A DNA stretch of 64,000 nucleotides from Candidatus Bathyarchaeota archaeon (GCA_963807605.1 CAWECG010000003.1:960001-1024000); one strand, 5' to 3'; counted from the first letter of the stretch, positions 11,301 to 20,876 are shown. Notes: generated by a model not told the origin, from the sequence alone. Numbers and translations: made by a program.

Positions 11301-12119
11301 AGCCGGCATAGTGCTATTGATCAACGGAGCACTTTGACTCTTGACAGGATAATGGTCTCCCAGAAATATCTTGAAGAAGTATCTACCTGCTACTTCCGGT
11401 GCTCTAAGTTGGTTTATGCGAATGTAGTACCATTCCTGCCATTTCCTCTGTGGTGTAAATACCATTCCATTTCCTGAGGGAGTGATCCTTACGATCCACC
11501 ATCCCGGACCGAATGGATCATTCATGTCTGCTTTGGTCACGAGGATACTGCCGTAATCGGCCGTCAAGGTTGTAAGGATGTTTGAGGCATCGCCTAAGGT
11601 CCAGTTTATTCCGCCAGCCGGTTCAAAACCATCCTGTACAAGTTCGCCGCTCTTATCTTGGAATGGGGCTGGAATATACAGCGAAATATTGTTGTATCGG
11701 AAAGTCGGCGATGGATTGGTAGGCGTTATGAAGGCGTTGGCTTGAGAAAAGTTAATTGCGAAAATCAAATCGCCCACGTTATCATGTGTCGGCGAGGAAG
11801 TCAGTATTGCACCCTCTGGGGAATATGAGGAACCTGCAGCCTGAAGGGGTTCCTCATAATTCTCAAAAGGCGATTGGTATCCTGGAAATCCTGCCACGCC
11901 AGTATAGAAGTTAGAGCCGCCGCCAGGCCAGACATATCCTAGAGGGCCAGGAACGTGAGCTGTACCAAAGGTGTTGGTAGGGTTCAGCTCGTTATCGTTT
12001 GATCGAAAATATGGTGGCTGACCGTTGGGCTCTCCTAGAGTTGTGTGCGCATAGATCGGAGCGGGCAGATGAGTTACCAGTGCCACCAATAATATTACTG
12101 CGGGCCATCGAGGGATCAA
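8361..12119 (-). CDS. Large surface protein with carboxypeptidase-regulatory-like beta domains and PEF-CTERM-like sorting signal
   Basis: Signal peptide; GHFEIEGVAPGIYSIYASAAG and YETYLPHGVYSI beta-sandwich motifs; C-terminal IPEF, TM helix and KRRKRE. Confidence 0.8.
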   Translation of the reverse strand: MIPRWPAVILLVALVTHLPAPIYAHTTLGEPNGQPPYFRSNDNELNPTNTFGTAHVPGPLGYVWPGGGSNFYTGVAGFPGYQSPFENYEEPLQAAGSSYSPEGAILTSSPTHDNVGDLIFAINFSQANAFITPTNPSPTFRYNNISLYIPAPFQDKSGELVQDGFEPAGGINWTLGDASNILTTLTADYGSILVTKADMNDPFGPGWWIVRITPSGNGMVFTPQRKWQEWYYIRINQLRAPEVAGRYFFKIFLGDHYPVKSQSAPLINSTMPAENWPVLLVKGELDPAIIYGTVRYGEESNLELYGKPIDLPGRVRAIGVASDPVTGVPTGRVVEARGYFNASAKGHFEIEGVAPGIYSIYASAAGLPELITTEKVIVYRGQSLGLDLYLVPGPEILGEIDSKSCLGITPWKGDLPISVVIYDSDSYVEDNVVSYSPLNLTHAPYTSYVTGNTIFSSGILLPPNSPKLVAFPWEGPISYYPSTALPPFKDPFGLYNGVGPAQTWWVSPTGSFDPVTGLGSGKSSFRFQFGFQRYFGAPYRFSGMVPQVFATWIDGLGPGTYFVRAYVNGYIQTDISGSNFKDYYFTLTQGQTLGVAFQMDLWLSGSLNLTVHFHDAIGGMQEKPIGGPDPGRFLVVEALDSQGVLSAFNFTFVSALSASASLTLNGLGMAGVIPPPDPRAGIKYSLFRYRGLRDYGMYPSSYSLYMYMRGYIQALAPGNELIDLDRAVGFSISMCSNSSVSAHMFRGGGINTTVYSINWENPPIRRLWSYNGTTASVLVYDVASDSFVDSISFWDSIRHVWTLPTTESAFSVIPWPNWRIVFGPSASMLITNGSTILESYGPDLPSLPSFPSQQYFSTNVFFQAEKIGFLYQPTFYRTPNLRSAVAIYPGRYAITGWTYGYVQEGVTTLGDLGKIIVDVSMGQIADAPIRLIKGVEFNFAIDFEKEDLPTTLPYNMTMRISVYDDRDALVAAATTSLDIGAVQPSSDLGFFTDGKKVINASGSVAIPAGTQQVEYKGLAGLLRYIDPTAEAQARFLLTLYSADSGIWGSSPTPLAGMYSGGWYVTVEMANWYRPTEFYPPPFAMLQGELQTWNMTTILPYNHPGPFELRETIRLPPASLGGGSSAIFSLHMRGQVHGTVAFYNIRRDLRSVSWASVTYQDNYTHISYTWDGLYETYLPHGVYSIIVDHPGLTSQSSTIMVPDGGLATYNFYLVQSGIPIPEFNITQFPFLTIIGIGVAYTLTMVMNKRRKRE

Positions 12120-12136
12120 GCATTACTTGCCCCAAA

Positions 12137-13522
12137 TCATGTGGTACCTGCATACTCAACTACTCTGCTGTTAGATTGCGCCGTTTTCATCCTGCGCCTT
12201 CTAATCAAAGTATATCCACCAGCGCCAACTACAACAACTACCGCAAGAACAGCTATTGCTACCGTTAGGGATGCCGCTTGTACATTAAGTGTAACTGTTA
12301 ATGTATCGTATAGGTCATTGTTATCTTGGGTCCAGTCCAGCCGTAGATCAATGCTGTACTGTCTTGGTTGTGCCTTGGAGTCAACATCAACTGTGAAGAA
12401 TGCTGCCTTCACCTCGCCAGCAAGCATAGTCCCAAGAAAATCAGTTAAAGTGCCAGAGAAGAAATTGCCAACCTGCAGCTCCACTCTAACCGAATCGGCC
12501 TCGACGGAGCCGGTATTCTTCAATTCAACTCGGATGACATCTCCAGAATCGCCTACCGAGAGGCTCATCGGTGTAATGCTTAATATCTCAAATTTGTCTT
12601 TCTCAAAGACGTAGAGTGGGACCTCTCCGATAGATGTTGTTTTTTCATCTTTAACAATGTCCAAAGTTGCGAAGTAGTTACTGTAAGTCGCATTTTTGGC
12701 AACATCAACAACGAAATCTGCCTCCGCAACCTGCCCTGCTGGGAGATTCCCTACAAAGTACGTGTCTGAACCACTGGAAGCTACAGTGAATGGTGGGCTT
12801 AATTCTATTCTGAGTTCAACATCTTTAGCTGCACCTTGTCCTGAATTAGCGATCCACACTTTAACCTGAACTTGTTTGCTATCTGGATATACCTTCGTAG
12901 GAAGAGTCAGGACACTCTGAACATGTAGCTCGCCTCTCCAGATGGGAACGTCTACGGTATTGGTTGTAGTGATGGATTGAAGCTCCCTTGCAGATTTGTA
13001 TGCTATTTGTAAGTTATAACGGTAGATTCCCTCTTTCGCTAATGCATCAACACTCGTAGTGAAGGTTAACGTGAAACTATAGCCAGGCTGCATGTCGCCT
13101 GCGACTTTTGAAACAGACGTTCCAGAATAAGGCGTGCCGTTGAGTTCGTAATTGTACTCAAGAGGTGGTCCTAGGAACAACGTTGCACTCACATTCCTTG
13201 CAACATCATCACCAACGTTCGATAACACGACTGAAAGAGGGACATTTACGTCACCCGGACGCGCATTTGAAGGGTTGAGTGGATTGGTGCCCCAGAATAC
13301 TTGGACGACCACAACATTTGCGACGCCAATGGCACGAACGGATGGAGTAATAGATGGCATGGAGATTATTGACATGAGAAATGCCAAAACAATTAGTAGT
13401 AAGGGGCGCTCTTTCAATTCAACCACACCAAGACAGATTTCCTTCATTTGTATATAACAAACTTTGCAATCTAGCACACGGATGATTCTAATATCTTTTC
13501 TCTTTTCCGGCGGCATATGCAC
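12137..13522 (-). CDS. COG1361-type S-layer/CARDB-repeat membrane-anchored protein (true start probably near 13417)
   Basis: Three Ig-like repeats (LSNVG..ARNV, IANSG..AKDV, LKNTG..ADSV), signal-like N-terminus, C-terminal TM plus RRRR. Confidence 0.8.
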   Translation of the reverse strand: MHMPPEKRKDIRIIRVLDCKVCYIQMKEICLGVVELKERPLLLIVLAFLMSIISMPSITPSVRAIGVANVVVVQVFWGTNPLNPSNARPGDVNVPLSVVLSNVGDDVARNVSATLFLGPPLEYNYELNGTPYSGTSVSKVAGDMQPGYSFTLTFTTSVDALAKEGIYRYNLQIAYKSARELQSITTTNTVDVPIWRGELHVQSVLTLPTKVYPDSKQVQVKVWIANSGQGAAKDVELRIELSPPFTVASSGSDTYFVGNLPAGQVAEADFVVDVAKNATYSNYFATLDIVKDEKTTSIGEVPLYVFEKDKFEILSITPMSLSVGDSGDVIRVELKNTGSVEADSVRVELQVGNFFSGTLTDFLGTMLAGEVKAAFFTVDVDSKAQPRQYSIDLRLDWTQDNNDLYDTLTVTLNVQAASLTVAIAVLAVVVVVGAGGYTLIRRRRMKTAQSNSRVVEYAGTT

Positions 13523-13578
13523 GGTCTCGTTGGGAAGATAAGTGAAGACGATGCTAACGCAGGGAGTTTTGGCAGGAA

Positions 13579-13989
13579 TTAGAGAGCCCGTTTGAATGCC
13601 AAGGTTGCTATGCCGACCATGATCGAAGTGAAGAGTGGTAAGTATGCAAAGTCTCCCACAACCGCTGGAAGACTCGCTCCTTTGTACATTTGTACATAAG
13701 CGAGCGTAAAGCGTCTACAGCATAGGCTGCGGGGTTTACAACCGCGATACTCTTCATCCAGTTAGGAAATCCATCAATCGGAAAGACCGCGCCGCTTGTA
13801 AAGTAGAATATCAGGTTGATTGGGAATGCAGTGAATTAATAAACTTCAGGTGTGGGCGATCTCACCACATAGGCAGTCATTATAGAAATTAATCCAAGAA
13901 CGGTTAGAAAGATCGTGAACAGGCATAAGCAGAAAACCTACGGCATCTGTCATCGGACGAACGCCTGCAATCACAACCGCCATAAGAAG
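13579..13989 (-). pseudogene. ABC-2 permease C-terminal relic, paralog of 23334-24491
   Basis: LFTIFLTVLGLISIMTAYVVRS..Y*FTAFPINLIFYFTSGAVFPIDGFPNWMKSIAVVNPAAYAVDALRSLMYK..AVVGDF..AFKRAL*; one in-frame TAA, a 1-bp frameshift and an 8-bp TGTACAAA duplication. Confidence 0.9.
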
Positions 13990-14083
13990 CAAGTTACATA
14001 AGAATTTAAGAAGCTACGACGTACTTGTTGGTAGTACAAAGTTCCGTTAAGTTTAAATCGCCTCTAACAACCTTTTTTCCTCG

Positions 14084-15649
14084 GTGAACAACTTGAGGCT
14101 AAATGCCTTAATTCTTATATGCCTATGCATCTTTTCTTTGTCTACGATTTTCGAGTTAAGTCCAATCCAACCGGTCAGAGCCCAGCCCTACACTAGTTTG
14201 TACACACCATATTACTACTATTCCCCATATTCAGGATACGGAAGCTACGGTAAGTACACAGTTACAATATCCGTCTCAGGTCTCCCTTCAGAATACTCTG
14301 CGAATGTGAAGATCGACGGAAACGATCAAGGAACGATAGCTGGAGGATCATCGAAGCAATTTCAAGTGAATAGCACCGACGCCCATACATTTCAAGTTGA
14401 TAATTACGTTTCGGGAGCGAGTGGGGTAAGGTACTCCTGCAGCAATGACTCATGGACACTGCAGAAATCCACAAGTACTTACTCTTCCTACAACTCGTAC
14501 TATTATCCATACTATGATTACTACTCTCCGTATTATTCGTACTATTCCCCGGCTGCCTCCTACAGCTTCGACGACAGCAATGCAAGTAGCGGTCGTACTG
14601 ATCGTATTACGCAGGTAGAAATTGCAGGCAGACCAGAACTTCAGCCTAGAGCTACTACAAGCTCAATCTCAGGCTACGAAGCGCAGCTGCAAGTGGAATA
14701 TGTAGCGTATAACGGTACACATAGCGGAACATACAGCGGAACACATAGCCATACACATAGTGGAACATACAGCGGAACATACAGCGGAACATACAGCGGA
14801 ACACATAGCCATACACATAGTGGAACATACAGCGGAACACATCACCACAACTACAACGGGTATTCATATTACTATCCTGGTCTCTACTACTATCCCTACG
14901 ACTACTACTATCCGTACTATTACCCCTCATCATCTTACATGAACCAAACGCAGGTTTCTCACGCATTCTCCTACCTTCCAGAGTATAAGTTGACTGTTAC
15001 CAATGCTCAAGGCCAATCGGTCAGCCAGGCAGGCTGGAAGTCTAATGATTCAGTTGTAACATTAAGCACCCCAGACACGGTTGACAAGTCAAACGTGGAG
15101 AGGGACGTCTTCAAGTCTTGGAACGTCGACGGTACAGAGATGAGTGCAAGCACGATCACCCTAACAATGGATGATCTGCATACAGCCACAGCAAACTACC
15201 AAACCCAATACTATCTGGACGTGAAATCTGACCTAGGTAGCCCCCAGGGCTCAGGATGGTACAACCAAGGCGACCAGGCCACAGTCTCCGTACTTCCAGA
15301 AGTGCCTATGACAGGATTCTGGGGCTCCCTCGGTGCAAAATATGTCTTTAACAGCTGGAGTGGAGTAACCGGATCCCCTAACAGTCCAACAGCAAAAGTT
15401 ACCATGGACAACCCTATAATAGTAACAGCGATGTGGAAGCCGGACTACACCACAGCCTACCTCATCCTAGCTGGAGTCATGATCATACTCCTGATTTTCG
15501 TAGCCGCTGTGGCAGCTAGAAAGACCGCTTTGCAACCTAAGAAAGAAGAGAAGAGCGTCACAATGGACACTCTAAACCTCAGATACACCAAAGGCGAGAT
15601 AACCAGACAAGACTACCTAAGGACGAAGAAAGACATAGAGAAATCTTAG
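14084..15649 (+). CDS. Tyr-rich secreted/membrane-anchored protein with His/Thr/Ser repeat, B-repeat-like domains and C-terminal SHOCT domain
   Basis: Signal peptide, YYYP-rich tracts, GSGWY..G / YVFNSWSG repeat domain, TM helix, LRYTKGEITRQDY (SHOCT-like). Confidence 0.75.
   Translation: MNNLRLNALILICLCIFSLSTIFELSPIQPVRAQPYTSLYTPYYYYSPYSGYGSYGKYTVTISVSGLPSEYSANVKIDGNDQGTIAGGSSKQFQVNSTDAHTFQVDNYVSGASGVRYSCSNDSWTLQKSTSTYSSYNSYYYPYYDYYSPYYSYYSPAASYSFDDSNASSGRTDRITQVEIAGRPELQPRATTSSISGYEAQLQVEYVAYNGTHSGTYSGTHSHTHSGTYSGTYSGTYSGTHSHTHSGTYSGTHHHNYNGYSYYYPGLYYYPYDYYYPYYYPSSSYMNQTQVSHAFSYLPEYKLTVTNAQGQSVSQAGWKSNDSVVTLSTPDTVDKSNVERDVFKSWNVDGTEMSASTITLTMDDLHTATANYQTQYYLDVKSDLGSPQGSGWYNQGDQATVSVLPEVPMTGFWGSLGAKYVFNSWSGVTGSPNSPTAKVTMDNPIIVTAMWKPDYTTAYLILAGVMIILLIFVAAVAARKTALQPKKEEKSVTMDTLNLRYTKGEITRQDYLRTKKDIEKS
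14716..14848 (+). repeat. 12-bp tandem repeat (ACATACAGCGGA-like) with 60-bp higher-order duplication, encoding T-[HY]-S-[GH]
   Basis: Seen directly; peptide THSGTYSGTHSHTHSGTYSGTYSGTYSGTHSHTHSGTYSGTHHH. Confidence 0.95.
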
Positions 15650-15915
15650 ACATCCCCCATTTCCCTTTTTTCAAAAAGGCCTATCCCACACGTTGCATAC
15701 GTTTCTTCCGAAGGCTGAACAGAATCGTCTGTTACGTGTTCCAGACCTGAGCCTATCAACTTTCATAGACGAAAACTGGCTCGTTTTGGTCGTCAGAAAT
15801 ATCCATACTATCTCTCAATAGAGAGTCGTTCCAATTCCTTAGCGCTGGTGATATCGGCGCCCTTCGCTATCTGCAGAAGATGCAAAGGAGGCCGGTCTCG
15901 ACGCGACGTGGAATG

Positions 15916-16065
15916 TTAGCCTATGTTCAAGTCAATAACCATGGTCTGCAACAGTAATCTCACAACGTTGTTCTGAATATTAATGATGGTCTTGCTTAGA
16001 GTGCTTATGGTAGTCTCTTCCTCTTTGATCATTCTGGAGATGGCCTCTTCGATTCTTTTGGCTCA
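15916..16065 (-). pseudogene. Possible ferritin-like helical fragment
   Basis: AKRIEEAISRMIKEEETTISTLSKTIINIQNNVVRLLLQTMVID resembles ferritin-like N-terminal helices; short and stops early. Confidence 0.3.
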
Positions 16066-16240
16066 TTATCGATCTACTAAATGCAGATTTGGTCAGCACA
16101 TTTTGAGTCTGAACTCTTCCGCTGGAAGAATTTCGTCAGTAAGCCTCAGTACTCTTTAATATACCTATTCTGATGTTCACTGAAAGCTTATATTTCCTCT
16201 CTGTTTTTCAAGGCACCTCTAAAGAAAGAAGGTATCCAGC

Positions 16241-16741
16241 ATGAAGAGCGACGACAATTTGAAGGAGGCCTTTGCTGGGGAGTCCCAGGCAAACAGGAAG
16301 TATACCGCCTTCTCTAGGAAAGCCGAACAGGAGGGTTATACCCAAATCGCGAAATTCTTCAGAGCTGCAGCCGAAGCAGAGACCGTCCATGCCTTGAATC
16401 ATTTAAGAGTCATGAAGGGCATCGGTTCAACCCTCGATAATGCGAAGGTTGCCAAAGAAGGCGAGGTCTACGAGCACATGAGAATGTACCCTGAATTCAT
16501 TAAGATTGCTGAGGCCGAGGACAGGAAAGATGCTCGTCAAACCTTCCACTATGCTAACGAGACGGAGAAGAAACACGCCCAATTCTATCAGAGGGCTATT
16601 GAAGCCCTAGGAAAGGGAAAAGACCTAGACAAGAATGAGTATTTCGTCTGCCAGACCTGCGGATATACAGTCGAAGGAGAAGCACCTGAAGTATGTCCAG
16701 TCTGCGGTTCCCCAAAGAGCATGTACAAACAAGTGGCCTAA
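16241..16741 (+). CDS. rbr: Rubrerythrin
   Basis: AFAGESQANRKY, EAETVHA, MYPEF, EKKH, C-terminal CxxC..CPVCG. Confidence 0.96.
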   Translation: MKSDDNLKEAFAGESQANRKYTAFSRKAEQEGYTQIAKFFRAAAEAETVHALNHLRVMKGIGSTLDNAKVAKEGEVYEHMRMYPEFIKIAEAEDRKDARQTFHYANETEKKHAQFYQRAIEALGKGKDLDKNEYFVCQTCGYTVEGEAPEVCPVCGSPKSMYKQVA

Positions 16742-16822
16742 AATCCACTGCATGATAGCAGAATCGACTTCACCAGAACTCATCTTTTATAGCGTGCGCT
16801 CCATCTTTTCCTGTGATTAGTT

Positions 16823-17383
16823 TTGGACTTTAAGATTGCGTGGGGCATCACAGGATCAGGAGACTGCATGCCTCAAATAATAAATGAAATTAGGGGAATA
16901 GTTCAACAAAATCAGAGAATCAAGATATACATTTTCTTATCCAAAGCTGCACAACAGGTCATCGGATGGTATGGTCTAAGCAAAGATCTGGGAGCAATTT
17001 CAGGAAAAATATTCTATGAGGTTGACTCCAACACAACCAAACCCTACTATTATCTCCCCGGAGCATTACAGTTGCGCAAATTCAGCCTCTTTCTGGTATG
17101 TCCTGCAACAGCGAACACTGTGGCAAAGATAGTGAACGGCATCGCCGATACCTTGATCACTAATTCCGTAGCTCAAGCAGCTAAAGCAGCCGTCCCCATC
17201 TACATATTCCCAGTAGACCATGAGGAAGGCGGTCAAACCACAATATTGCCCAACGGATCCAAACTGGAGCTGACAATGAGGGAAATAGATCTTGAGAATA
17301 GTAGACTACTCTCCAAGATGAAGAACGTCAATGTCTTCACAAATACATCGATGCTGAAAGAAATACTGTTGAGTCATTCATAA
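16823..17383 (+). CDS. afpA: Archaeal flavoprotein AfpA family
   Basis: IAWGITGSGD, PATANTVAKIVNGIADTLITN, LPNG.KLELTMREIDLEN. Confidence 0.85.
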   Translation: MDFKIAWGITGSGDCMPQIINEIRGIVQQNQRIKIYIFLSKAAQQVIGWYGLSKDLGAISGKIFYEVDSNTTKPYYYLPGALQLRKFSLFLVCPATANTVAKIVNGIADTLITNSVAQAAKAAVPIYIFPVDHEEGGQTTILPNGSKLELTMREIDLENSRLLSKMKNVNVFTNTSMLKEILLSHS

Positions 17384-17442
17384 TTAGACCAGTTTTAAGA
17401 AGATATTTGATTTCTCCCAAGAGAAGACAACGGAGACTAAGA

Positions 17443-18126
17443 ATGAGTTCCGTTGAGGGTGTCCTGAAGAAACTAAGGACCAAAGCAAAGCCTGATCAGC
17501 TGGAAGGAATGGCCCGATACGGAATAGTAACCAAGCGAAGACTGGGAGTATCGGTCCCCGACATGCGAAAGATAGCGAAAGAATCGGGAAAGGATCACAA
17601 ACTCGCAATCGAATTATGGAAGACGGGTATACCTGAGGCAAAGATCGTAGCAACGATGATCGATGAGCCTGAGAAGTTATCGGAGACTCAGATGGAGGAC
17701 TGGGTCAAAGACATCGACTCTTGGGACGTCTGCGATCAGGTGTGCGCAAGCCTCTTCGAGAAGACTCCCTTGGCTTGGAGGAAAATCTTCGACTGGTCTA
17801 ATCGGGAAGAGGAGTTCGTAAAGAGGGCAGCTTTCGCACTAATAGCCTGCTTGGCATGGCACGATAAGGACGCAGAAGACGAGAAATTCATCAGGTTATT
17901 TCCGGTGATTAAACGTGGAGCCACAGACGACCGGAATTTCGTGAAGAAGGCTGTCAACTGGGCACTCAGGAATATTGGGAAAAGGAATCAGAACCTGAAC
18001 ACGGCAGCAGTAAGGGCTGCCAAGGAAATTCAACGAATTGATTCAAAGGCTGCCCGCTGGATTGCCTCCGACACCATCAGGGAACTCGAAAGCGAGGCTG
18101 TCCAAAGAAGGCTGAGGAACAAGTGA
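17443..18126 (+). CDS. DNA alkylation repair protein (AlkD-like)
   Basis: GVSVPDMRKIAK, DSWDVCDQ, EEFVKRAAF, DDRNFVKKAVNWALRNIGKR. Confidence 0.92.
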   Translation: MSSVEGVLKKLRTKAKPDQLEGMARYGIVTKRRLGVSVPDMRKIAKESGKDHKLAIELWKTGIPEAKIVATMIDEPEKLSETQMEDWVKDIDSWDVCDQVCASLFEKTPLAWRKIFDWSNREEEFVKRAAFALIACLAWHDKDAEDEKFIRLFPVIKRGATDDRNFVKKAVNWALRNIGKRNQNLNTAAVRAAKEIQRIDSKAARWIASDTIRELESEAVQRRLRNK

Positions 18127-18384
18127 TAACACTCCAGGACGCGCACTATTCCTCGCGCACGTAGGCTGAACTTCACAGATAATTCAACCCAGTCTAGGAA
18201 AATGCAAACTTCTCCAGCATCCAATGACTTTCCTTTAGCGAGGACTGCTTTATATAGGACGGAGCGTAAGGAGGTAGCAAGTTAGTTTGACGAGAACGAG
18301 AGTCGAGAGCCGTTTTTTTACGAAAACGTCGCGCGTACATTCTTCTTGTTTCAACTGGCGAAAACACAAGAGGTGAAAAACTAC

Positions 18385-18588
18385 ATGTATTCTCAAATGA
18401 AAGACGCCCCAGTAGAGGAGGGCAAGACATACGAGGTCGACATTAAGGAACTAAGTCGACGCGGTGATGGTCTGGCACGTGTCGAAGGATTCGTGGTCTT
18501 TGTACCTAACACGAACCCCGGCGATCACGTCAAGATCCAAGTTACTCAGGTTCGCGACCGATTCGCAATAGCTGAAAAAGCGGAGTAA
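18385..18588 (+). CDS. Single-TRAM-domain RNA chaperone
   Basis: APVEEGKTYEVDI..RGDGLARVEGFVVFVP..GDHVKIQVT; GAGGTGA SD. Confidence 0.93.
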   Translation: MYSQMKDAPVEEGKTYEVDIKELSRRGDGLARVEGFVVFVPNTNPGDHVKIQVTQVRDRFAIAEKAE

Positions 18589-18596
18589 ACTTGAGT

Positions 18597-18633
18597 CTGC
18601 CATCCAAGCGGGATGGCAGCGCAACTTTTTTTT
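18597..18633 (+). terminator. Hairpin plus T-run terminator after the TRAM gene
   Basis: CTGCCATCC-aagcg-GGATGGCAG (9-bp stem) followed by T8. Confidence 0.7.
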
Positions 18634-18740
18634 CATAGTTACGCAATGTGAGATAGATGGGTAGACGGTTTATTGTCGTTCAGAGTGAGATTCTCTCGTG
18701 GGGGCGCCCGTCTAAAATTCCACCATTGAGCTACCTTCTA

Positions 18741-19181
18741 GAGAATTCTCAAAGCAATCATTCTATACTCGATGACTGGTAAGGCACCTTCATCTTCAAC
18801 AGCCAGAAGTATCACTTTACAGACTGGTCTATCTATCTTGGTTATGGATTCACGAGCAGCAACATCAACTTGTAAATGAATCCTGATAACTACCCCTCTG
18901 TCATGCTCAGCCTCAATTATATACTTGAAGATCCAAGTTCGGTCCTCCGTCAACCTCTAGTAAACCAACCCTACGTCGTAGGCAACATCAACGCCGGCTC
19001 ACTGTACTGGATACCATACTCTACATGGATCGGAGACAAATGCCCGATAACAGGCACAGGATTCAACTGCTACAATGGGAAGCTCAAGACCCTGCCGATG
19101 GGATACGATAACCAGTCAATGAGTCTGCCAACAAGTACATATGTACTGGACGGGATGAAGCCTATACCCGTGGTGAGCTGA
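18741..19181 (+). pseudogene. C-terminal relic of an unknown protein
   Basis: The 101-aa ORF at 18876 continues upstream in the same frame through two TAA stops. Confidence 0.4.
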
Positions 19182-19283
19182 AACCCATTCCAATAACTGG
19201 ACAACATATGCGTGTGGATCGATGAAACACTCAATGTTAATGAATTATTTTTTGTCTATAATAGATTCTCGCCCTTATTGATT

Positions 19284-20042
19284 TCAAGGGGGTATGTCAA
19301 AGTTAAGTCTAAATCCTTCGTTAAGGATCTGGGGAGATTTTAGCCTGAATTGGCCGATCTCTCGTAGGTTCTTCACGTGAGTTCCTCCACAGGGGATTCC
19401 TTGAAACCCGCCTATTCTTACAATCCTTAGACGTACGTTCTTGGGCAGGCGAACAAGACTCGAAGCGTTCAAGGAGGAAAGCAGCTCCTTCCTTTCTATC
19501 GTTTGTGATGTAACCTCTGCCCCTTCTGCGATCAGCTTATTCGCCATCTCTTCGAGAGCTCTAAGTTGTTCGATTGCCGGACAGGATCCACGGTATCCTA
19601 CGTAGCTATCGTCTCCAACCCAAGAATCAGTTGTCTCCATGCGTTCTTTCAAGATTACAGAAAAACAGTTGTCCAGAAGATGGGCCGCGGTATGTTTCCT
19701 CATGCATCTGTATCTGAAATCCCAGTCTATCTCAAGTCGGGCAGAACCGGTTTGTGGCTCACTCCAAACAACTTTGCCAAAGTGAACTATAATTCCTTCA
19801 ATTAGCATGACCTTGGTTACTTCAAAGATGAATACTTCACCGAGAATTCTTCCTTTATCCGAAGGCTGCCCGCCAGATTTTGGATGAAATATCGATTGAT
19901 CCACTAATACATATGCAGTCTTTCGATCATCCTGTTCCACCCTTAATACATTACAGGAACTTGATTTCAGATATGGATCGTCCATGTACAGCATATTTGT
20001 AGCAGGCATATTCTGCGCGAGATCCCGAGGGTTCATCATCAA
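19284..20042 (-). CDS. alaX: Alanyl-tRNA editing protein AlaX
   Basis: LYMDDPYL, FHPKSGGQPSD, HTAAH (HxxxH), PCGGTHV. Confidence 0.92.
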   Translation of the reverse strand: MMMNPRDLAQNMPATNMLYMDDPYLKSSSCNVLRVEQDDRKTAYVLVDQSIFHPKSGGQPSDKGRILGEVFIFEVTKVMLIEGIIVHFGKVVWSEPQTGSARLEIDWDFRYRCMRKHTAAHLLDNCFSVILKERMETTDSWVGDDSYVGYRGSCPAIEQLRALEEMANKLIAEGAEVTSQTIERKELLSSLNASSLVRLPKNVRLRIVRIGGFQGIPCGGTHVKNLREIGQFRLKSPQILNEGFRLNFDIPP

Positions 20043-20240
20043 TCACTGGAGACTCCGAATTGCGTGCAACCTCTAAAGAAGTATGGCTTCTACAAAAACC
20101 ATAGCTCATGCTATAGGTCTCAAGCACTGGGTACAATGGGTGAAAGGAATATAGATGCGTGCTAGATACGTTTCGCCCTCCAGACAACTGTCGATATGCC
20201 TATTTGTCCTAGTGAACCAATCCTTGCTGAGGTCAAAACT

Positions 20241-20591
20241 GTGATTGAGGAGATCCGGAGTGTCCCTGTTGTGGTATCGGATACAAAAGAAGCGAGCAAA
20301 TGGTATAGGGACAAACTGGACTTTGAGATTCGAGAGAGCGACGGCCACTGGGTAACCGTCGCTCCAAGAGGATGGCCCTCAGAGATTCATCTATGTGAGG
20401 TTGATACTCTTGAACCTGGAAACACAGGAATATTGTTCTTGGCCGATGATCTCGATGCAACATATCGTGAATTGAAGAAGAAAGGTGTTGAATTCACACA
20501 AGAACCTTCTAAGAAAGAAGGGGGAACTATGGCTAAGTTCAAAGATCCTTACGGAAACATCTATTGGCTAATGTCGAAGAGTGAGTACTAG
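20241..20591 (+). CDS. VOC/glyoxalase family protein
   Basis: VSD...WYRDKLDFE, DDLDATYRELKKKGVEF, FKDPYGN. Confidence 0.9.
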   Translation: MIEEIRSVPVVVSDTKEASKWYRDKLDFEIRESDGHWVTVAPRGWPSEIHLCEVDTLEPGNTGILFLADDLDATYRELKKKGVEFTQEPSKKEGGTMAKFKDPYGNIYWLMSKSEY

Positions 20592-20759
20592 GAATCGATT
20601 TACCCTAATGTAGTGTGCTACTCTTGCAACTAACCAATAATTATTAGCTGGTTAGTCGTTATATTGCAAAGGGGGGCGCTGAGTCAGCGGCTGCCCGAGC
20701 GATCTCTCATTTGTTCTGGTTACTTCCTTGGAGTGGGATCAGCGAGGAGAATTGGAAAG

Positions 20760-20876
20760 ATGTCTGAAAAGGTATCACGACGCGGATTTCTTGCCGGTTT
20801 AGCAGTGGTCACGCGCTCGCGGAATGTTGTAGACATGCGTTCGATGGGCTGTCCACTGTTAAGGGATAACTCATGA
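20760..20876 (+). pseudogene. Orphan twin-arginine signal peptide relic
   Basis: GAGGAG SD then MSEKVSRRGFLAGLAVV; the hydrophobic core is cut at ACGCGCTCGCG and the frame stops at 38 aa. Confidence 0.6.

Noticed and set aside
14655-14966. ORFs with MFRC and HTAE repeats
   Set aside because: Shadow frames of the repeat inside the 521-aa gene
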